Origin: a virus
Taxonomy: Duplodnaviria; Heunggongvirae; Uroviricota; Caudoviricetes
Length of the DNA stretch: 64,000 bases
IMG/VR virus record: IMGVR_UViG_3300042519_000302
Strand: one strand, 5' to 3'
Shown here: piece after piece, positions 58,920-64,000 of the stretch
Layout: each line of letters begins with the position of its first letter
How positions within the stretch are numbered: the stretch's first letter is position 1
Program-made: the position numbers and the translations under genes
The notes under the pieces: model-generated
What the model saw: the letters and a program-made list of their open reading frames with translations, nothing else
The model's database searches: none
What the model was told of the DNA's origin: nothing

Positions 58920-59207
58920 ATGAAAAACATGAAAATGTACTCTCAAGCAGAGTTATCAACAATGCAAGAAATGGCTAAGAAGCCTATTTCAACAACTAGA
59001 TTAGCTAAAAGACTAGCTAAACAGTTCAACAGAACATTTGGTGGGGTGTATGCTAAACTATTAATTATGCGTAAGCAGATAAAAGTGGAGCCTGTTATCA
59101 CCAACACTGTGCGTACTAAAACAGTAGTGGAAGGTAAGAAACACACAATTAGTAGTAGACCAACCAAGATAGAGATATCTGATCAAGGTATGACATTCTA
59201 TTTCTAA
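58920..59207 (+). CDS. 95-aa basic protein, a possible HTH-type DNA-binding regulator.
   Basis: The ISTTRLAKRLAKQF..GGVYAKLL segment is a helix-turn-helix-like pattern. Weak evidence. Confidence 0.3.
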   Translation: MKNMKMYSQAELSTMQEMAKKPISTTRLAKRLAKQFNRTFGGVYAKLLIMRKQIKVEPVITNTVRTKTVVEGKKHTISSRPTKIEISDQGMTFYF

Positions 59208-59225
59208 CTAATAAACTAACACATC

Positions 59226-59474
59226 ATGTCTTACAGCCTAGTCTACAGTGCAAAACCACATTGCACACATACAATCCAGGTTTACGAACCAAACCAACAA
59301 GATTCTCCTTATGTTAGGGGACTTAAAGCGTGCTCTAAACTAATAGATGTTATATTTGCTACCAAAGCACATTACACACCATCTAAACGTTTACACATTA
59401 AAGGACGCAAATATATGTACATCAGTTCTGATACATATCAGTTACTAATCAGAGTAAAAAACTTTGACAAATGA
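59226..59474 (+). CDS. 82-aa protein, function unknown.
   Basis: ORF. Confidence 0.35.
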   Translation: MSYSLVYSAKPHCTHTIQVYEPNQQDSPYVRGLKACSKLIDVIFATKAHYTPSKRLHIKGRKYMYISSDTYQLLIRVKNFDK

Positions 59475-59588
59475 TATATTTAGTTATATTTGTGTTACTA
59501 TCAATCTTTGCATGGATGTCCTATGAAATTCATAGGGCTCCATTCATGGATAGAGATGGCAACATAATTAAAAAGAAAAAACAACAAC

Positions 59589-59891
59589 ATGGCAACAAGT
59601 AAAATTCCAAAGGTAAAAGATTTAAGTGGGTATTTCTTTATGAGTATAGAGGGTAACACTGTAGATATAATTTATCATGATAACACAGACAATGGTTTAG
59701 CAATTGGTGCTGCATTTGCAAGTGCATTAGAAAAAGATGAAAAGCTATTTAACATATTAAGTGCTGCATTTATTACAGTTCTTGATGCAAAAGAGAAAGA
59801 TAGTTCTAAAAAGAAACCTAATCCTAAGCAAATGAATGGTGTTAAGAGTGATGCTCCATTTGTAAAGACTAGAAAAACTACAAAGAAATAG
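59589..59891 (+). CDS. 100-aa protein with a Lys-rich tail, function unknown.
   Basis: ORF. Confidence 0.4.
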   Translation: MATSKIPKVKDLSGYFFMSIEGNTVDIIYHDNTDNGLAIGAAFASALEKDEKLFNILSAAFITVLDAKEKDSSKKKPNPKQMNGVKSDAPFVKTRKTTKK

Positions 59892-60043
59892 CTGCAGCAT
59901 TAAAAATAAATTAATCTACACATTATGAATGAATATTTTAGTTATTATGAGAGCTTACATAAGCTCCCTAAATCAAAACAGAGGTATTACATTTGGGACA
60001 TGATCAAATGGTGCATCAAAGCATACATTAAAACATATAAATA

Positions 60044-60250
60044 ATGGAGACATACATATCAGAAATAGACATAATGATAGCTATTAAAAAACATAGAGAT
60101 ACATTATCATATGATGACAAGTTTGATTTTGAAATAGAAACTAGTAAGTTAAACCTTACTGATAAAACAAGAGACAAACTTAATGGTAAACAATCTGCAT
60201 TAGAATTTAGGTTGAAGAAGTATGGTATACATAAAGATAAAAACAAATAA
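60044..60250 (+). CDS. 68-aa protein, function unknown.
   Basis: ORF. Confidence 0.35.
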   Translation: METYISEIDIMIAIKKHRDTLSYDDKFDFEIETSKLNLTDKTRDKLNGKQSALEFRLKKYGIHKDKNK

Positions 60251-60253
60251 CCT

Positions 60254-60640
60254 ATGAACAAAGAATTTATTCCTTATGAACAAGCGTTAGAACTTAAAGA
60301 ATTAGGTTTTAATGAGCCATGTATGTTTCCTTACCATAGAAATAATACAAATTATATTGATGATGCACACATTGAATTAGCTAATTACAACGCTACTGAA
60401 AAACTTGTATCCGCAGTTTTATACCAACAAGCATTTAGATGGTTTAGAGAGAAGTATTTTCTTGATGCAGAAATTTATCTTAATCATGAACTTGGTCATA
60501 AATTTTATCATTATTTAATACTTCAATTAGTAAGAGAAAATATTGAATGGAAAAGTAGAAATATTACTAAGTTTAAAACATACGAAGAAGCAGAACTTGC
60601 TTGTCTTAAAAAATTAATTGAAATAGTTAAAAACAAATAA
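60254..60640 (+). CDS. 128-aa protein, function unknown.
   Basis: ORF. Confidence 0.4.
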   Translation: MNKEFIPYEQALELKELGFNEPCMFPYHRNNTNYIDDAHIELANYNATEKLVSAVLYQQAFRWFREKYFLDAEIYLNHELGHKFYHYLILQLVRENIEWKSRNITKFKTYEEAELACLKKLIEIVKNK

Positions 60641-60643
60641 ACT

Positions 60644-60877
60644 ATGAGAAAGAAAACACCAGCTCACTTAGTTAAAGAACTATCAACAGCTAAACAAAAA
60701 CAATATGTTGTAATGTATGAAAATACAGAAGCATGGGTAGTAGGTACAAAAAAGGACATAATTAATGATTTCAATGAAAATCCTGATACATATTTAGATG
60801 CTAAGAATAAGATTAAAATTTATGAATTAGGTGAGCCTATAAAATTCAGTTTTGTTACACCACAAATAACATTTTAA
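60644..60877 (+). CDS. 77-aa protein, function unknown.
   Basis: ORF. Confidence 0.35.
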   Translation: MRKKTPAHLVKELSTAKQKQYVVMYENTEAWVVGTKKDIINDFNENPDTYLDAKNKIKIYELGEPIKFSFVTPQITF

Positions 60878-61000
60878 TTATGTTAAGTTTATTAGAATGG
60901 ATAACAGAAAACAATTATGTCAGGTACAAGGATGATAAATGGTACAAACCAGCACAATTTCCCACTGTGTATTTAAAAGTTGAACAATTAATAGAATTAT

Positions 61001-62953
61001 ATGAACGTACTCATCTATGATATTGAAACACTGAAAGAACTGTTTCTTATTGTTATATACAATCCAGAGAGTGATGTAACATACGAGTTTCAGGTGAGTA
61101 GGTGGACCAATCAATTAGATGGATTCATGAGATTCACTGAACAACACGATGAACATTATTGGGTGGGCTACAATAACTTACGCTTTGATAGTCAGGTTGT
61201 TGAGCATATAATTAGGAACTATGAGAATTGGCATGAGTTGAGTGGGCTAGAGATATGTGCTATGATAGCACAGAAGGCTGCAGACACAATACATGATGCT
61301 AATTATGATGTATTCCCTGAATATAGAGAGGAATGGTTATCACTAAAACAGTTAGACCTATTCAAGATTAATCATTATGATAACAAGAATAGAATGGTCT
61401 CACTAAAAAGGTTAGAGTTTGAGATGGATCTGGAGAACATTGAAGAGATGCCCATCCATCATACTAAAGAGAACATGACTCAGGATGATATATCTATAAC
61501 AATAGACTACTGTCGTAATGATGTTATGGCTACGTATGAATTCTATAAGGTAACAACAGGTAACACTAACCATCCACTATACAAGGGTAATAATCAGATA
61601 GAGCTTAGACAAGATATATACGAAGAGTTTGGCATACCATGCTTAAACTATTCAGATAGTAAGATAGGTGATGAGATGATTAAGAAATACTACTGTCAGG
61701 AGAAAGGTATACAATACTCTGATTTACCAAAGAAAGGATTGTTTAGAACAGAGGTAAAGGTGAGAGATTGTATTGCTGATTACATATCATTCCAGACACC
61801 AGAGCTACAAGCATTCTTAAAGAAGGTTAGTAAGGAGCGTTTAACAATGAAGGATGAATTCAAAGAATCATTAGTGTTTTATGAAAATACCTACACGTTT
61901 GCAAAGGGAGGTCTTCATACAGAGAATAAACCAAAGGTTTTCGAATGTGATGAGGATCATGAGATTATTGATTGGGATGTGTCTAGCTATTATCCTGCTA
62001 TTATTATTAGCAATGGCAGATACCCTGGTCACCTGGGTAAGGAGTTCTTACTTGGATATAAAGCAATGTTTGAAAAAAGGTTGGAACTTAAACCAATGGC
62101 TAAAAAGGATAAGAAGATAGCAGGTATTGTTGGTGCTCTTAAGCTTGCAGTTAACTCTGTGTATGGTAAAAGTAGTGACATGCAGTCTTGGATATATGAT
62201 AGACAGCTTACTATGTTCACCACTATTACAGGTGAATTGAGTCTTCTTATGCTCATCGAAGCATATGAATTAGCTGATATACATGTTATATCTGCAAATA
62301 CAGATGGTGTAACTATTATGGTTAATAAATCACTAATAGATAAGATGCATGAGATAAACAAGTGGTGGATGAATATAACTAGCTATGAGCTAGAGCGTAC
62401 AGACTATGCTAAGATTATATTCTCTACAGTAAATGACTATTTAGCAATTAAAACCAATGGAGAAATTAAAAAGAAAGGAGATTTCCTTACTGACTTTGAG
62501 TTACACAAAAATAAGAGTGCTAGGATTGTACCTATTGCATTGGAGCAGTTTTTTGTTAATGATGTGCCTGTGGCTACCACTATTTGTAATCACACAAATA
62601 TTTATGACTATTGTCTCAGGCAGAAAGCTAGTAAAGACTTTCACTATGAAGGACACTCGAAAGAAAACAGAACAGTCTACAATAAACTTATCAGATATTA
62701 TGTAAGTAATACAGGTGAGAAGTTATTGAAGGTTAAGAATGAGAATTCAGATAGCACAGCTGTTGATGTATCACAAGTTGAAGCAGGTGAATGGGTGATG
62801 AAAGTATGTAATCATCTATTGCCAGATCATCCTTTGGATAACATCAATCATGCATATTATATAGAGCGTGCTGAGAGAATCATGCACAAAATACAGTATG
62901 AAGGTAGAAAGCGTAAAATTATTATTAACCCAAATCAATTAAATTTATTCTAA
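61001..62953 (+). CDS. 650-aa compact family-B DNA polymerase with both 3'-5' exonuclease and polymerase motifs.
   Basis: The motifs are Exo I YDIET (aa 6-10), Exo II YNNLRFDSQVV (aa 57-67), Exo III YCRND (aa 170-174), motif A DWDVSSYYPAIII (aa ~324-336), motif B KLAVNSVYGK (aa 381-390), and motif C as SANTDG (aa 431-436). I counted the positions by hand. Confidence 0.8.
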   Translation: MNVLIYDIETLKELFLIVIYNPESDVTYEFQVSRWTNQLDGFMRFTEQHDEHYWVGYNNLRFDSQVVEHIIRNYENWHELSGLEICAMIAQKAADTIHDANYDVFPEYREEWLSLKQLDLFKINHYDNKNRMVSLKRLEFEMDLENIEEMPIHHTKENMTQDDISITIDYCRNDVMATYEFYKVTTGNTNHPLYKGNNQIELRQDIYEEFGIPCLNYSDSKIGDEMIKKYYCQEKGIQYSDLPKKGLFRTEVKVRDCIADYISFQTPELQAFLKKVSKERLTMKDEFKESLVFYENTYTFAKGGLHTENKPKVFECDEDHEIIDWDVSSYYPAIIISNGRYPGHLGKEFLLGYKAMFEKRLELKPMAKKDKKIAGIVGALKLAVNSVYGKSSDMQSWIYDRQLTMFTTITGELSLLMLIEAYELADIHVISANTDGVTIMVNKSLIDKMHEINKWWMNITSYELERTDYAKIIFSTVNDYLAIKTNGEIKKKGDFLTDFELHKNKSARIVPIALEQFFVNDVPVATTICNHTNIYDYCLRQKASKDFHYEGHSKENRTVYNKLIRYYVSNTGEKLLKVKNENSDSTAVDVSQVEAGEWVMKVCNHLLPDHPLDNINHAYYIERAERIMHKIQYEGRKRKIIINPNQLNLF

Positions 62954-63141
62954 TGGACAATAAACATAAAGCAGCAGAATTAGTATTGGAATTCCTACCA
63001 ATTGTAGGACAAGATCCATATACAGGTATAGATGTAGCTAAGAAATGTGGTAAAGTAGTTGCAAAGCTATTAATGAAAGCACAACAAGAAGGAGATACGT
63101 ATGACTACGATGAAATAGTTAAACTTATAGACACATTCTAA
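62953..63141 (+). CDS. 62-aa protein, function unknown.
   Basis: ORF with a TAATG coupling to the polymerase gene. Confidence 0.4.
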   Translation: MDNKHKAAELVLEFLPIVGQDPYTGIDVAKKCGKVVAKLLMKAQQEGDTYDYDEIVKLIDTF

Positions 63142-63395
63142 TGGCAAAGATAAATAGAGAAACAATAGCTGAACATTTAATTGATTATCAATTAGGTATG
63201 ATAGATAAGTCTATGCAAGAAGCATATATGACAAAAGAATGGTATAGTAAATGGACCATGACAACAGAACAACATGAAGTGTTCAAAGCTTATGCATTAC
63301 CACTAATTAAAAAAGTGTTTAAATGCAATAAATCAAAAGCTGAGAATACATTTGATTGGTTTGATTTACAATTTGGTTTACGTATAAAAGATTAA
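63141..63395 (+). CDS. 84-aa protein, function unknown.
   Basis: ORF with a TAATG coupling. Confidence 0.4.
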   Translation: MAKINRETIAEHLIDYQLGMIDKSMQEAYMTKEWYSKWTMTTEQHEVFKAYALPLIKKVFKCNKSKAENTFDWFDLQFGLRIKD

Positions 63396-63399
63396 AATC

Positions 63400-63780
63400 A
63401 TGTCAATAAATATATTAAGAGATTACATGGAAATGATTGAGGATAAGTATATAGATAATAAAGGTATTTTTACAATAGAAATTAATAAACTACAAGAAGA
63501 ACTCAAGCAACCAATGTCTGCTATGGATGGATTACGCATTATAGATAATCTTCACTCATATAAAAGAGTTCTTGATATGAAAATTAATTTTCAAAATGTA
63601 ACAAATAAAAGATATCCTGATAAGGTTTATATACACGCAAGAGGTTCTTTAGTTCTTGGTACAAATAGAAGACTTTGGATTAGTCATTATACAGGAAAAG
63701 AAAATAAAGTTACAAATAAGATGAAAGAACAAGCAAAATTAGATGTAATGAAAAAAGCAATTAAAACAGTATTAAAATAA
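63400..63780 (+). CDS. 126-aa protein, function unknown.
   Basis: ORF. Confidence 0.4.
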   Translation: MSINILRDYMEMIEDKYIDNKGIFTIEINKLQEELKQPMSAMDGLRIIDNLHSYKRVLDMKINFQNVTNKRYPDKVYIHARGSLVLGTNRRLWISHYTGKENKVTNKMKEQAKLDVMKKAIKTVLK

Positions 63781-63786
63781 TTAATT

Positions 63787-64000
63787 ATGGGAGCATGTCA
63801 ATTTAAAGAAAGAGGCACTGGTAAAACAGCACAAGAAGTATATAGAAAACTTTGTGAAATAGCTGAAGAAGAATATGGTCATCAAGATGGATATAATGGT
63901 ACAATTAGTACTACTGATGGATTTAGAGATGAAACAGAACTATATAATAAAAGTAAGTTTAATGATACATCTGCTTATATACATAATAGATTTGATAGTC
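63787..64000 (+). CDS. Partial ORF (MGACQFKERGTGKTAQEVYRKL...) running off the right edge of the window.
   Basis: Hand translation, open to the window end. Confidence 0.4.
   Translation, partial: MGACQFKERGTGKTAQEVYRKLCEIAEEEYGHQDGYNGTISTTDGFRDETELYNKSKFNDTSAYIHNRFDS

Noticed and set aside
60920-62705. Small ORFs on either strand inside or overlapping the DNA polymerase gene (60920-61114, 61881-62120, 62029-62361, 62457-62705).
   Set aside because: They are nested in or antisense to a gene with clear PolB motifs, so I treat them as spurious.
1-64000. Searched for a CRISPR array, integrase or recombinase, transposase/IS ends, a reverse transcriptase (YxDD) with TR/VR pairs for a DGR, and tRNA genes.
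   Set aside because: I found no evenly spaced short direct repeats with unique spacers, no tyrosine or serine recombinase or transposase motifs, no RT motif, and no convincing tRNA. Long-range near-identical repeats such as TR/VR cannot be excluded without a dot-plot.

Overview
The window looks like a segment of a crAss-like (Crassvirales-type) podophage of a Bacteroidota host. It is AT-rich, lacks Shine-Dalgarno motifs, has A/C-rich 'AACACA' leaders before start codons, and the genes are tightly packed with TAATG stop/start overlaps.

Coordinates ~1-54100 are one long minus-strand late operon. In transcription order (descending coordinate) it runs:
- a small membrane protein, then an HU/IHF-like histone-like protein
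- a zinc-finger protein
- terminase large subunit
- portal
- an SPFH/band-7 protein
- an acidic scaffold-like protein
- the putative major capsid protein, followed by a terminator
- several unassigned structural proteins
- a tail-fibre cluster: a tail-collar fibre, a collagen-like fibre with a C-terminal S74 chaperone, a BNR/Asp-box propeller protein, and fibre-like proteins with poly-Thr linkers
- a terminator plus promoter punctuation, then a class-III-phosphodiesterase-like metallophosphoesterase cassette
- a 1583-aa tail protein
- a block of very large 'cargo/ejection' proteins of 650, 1190, 870 and 4288 aa, with another running off the left edge. The 4288-aa giant carries a DFDID motif of the kind in the metal-binding loop of double-psi beta-barrel RNA polymerases, plus an HExxH zincin motif.

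Coordinates 54100-54840 are a divergent non-coding control region. It holds iteron-like direct repeats at ~22-bp spacing, C7 homopolymer tracts and GC-rich direct repeats.

Coordinates 54840-64000 are plus-strand small early-type genes and a compact family-B DNA polymerase. The early genes include acidic DNA-mimic-like proteins, small membrane proteins and Zn-ribbon/HTH-like proteins.

I saw no tRNA, CRISPR array, integrase or obvious transposon. All functional calls rest on motif and architecture recognition by eye, without database searches.
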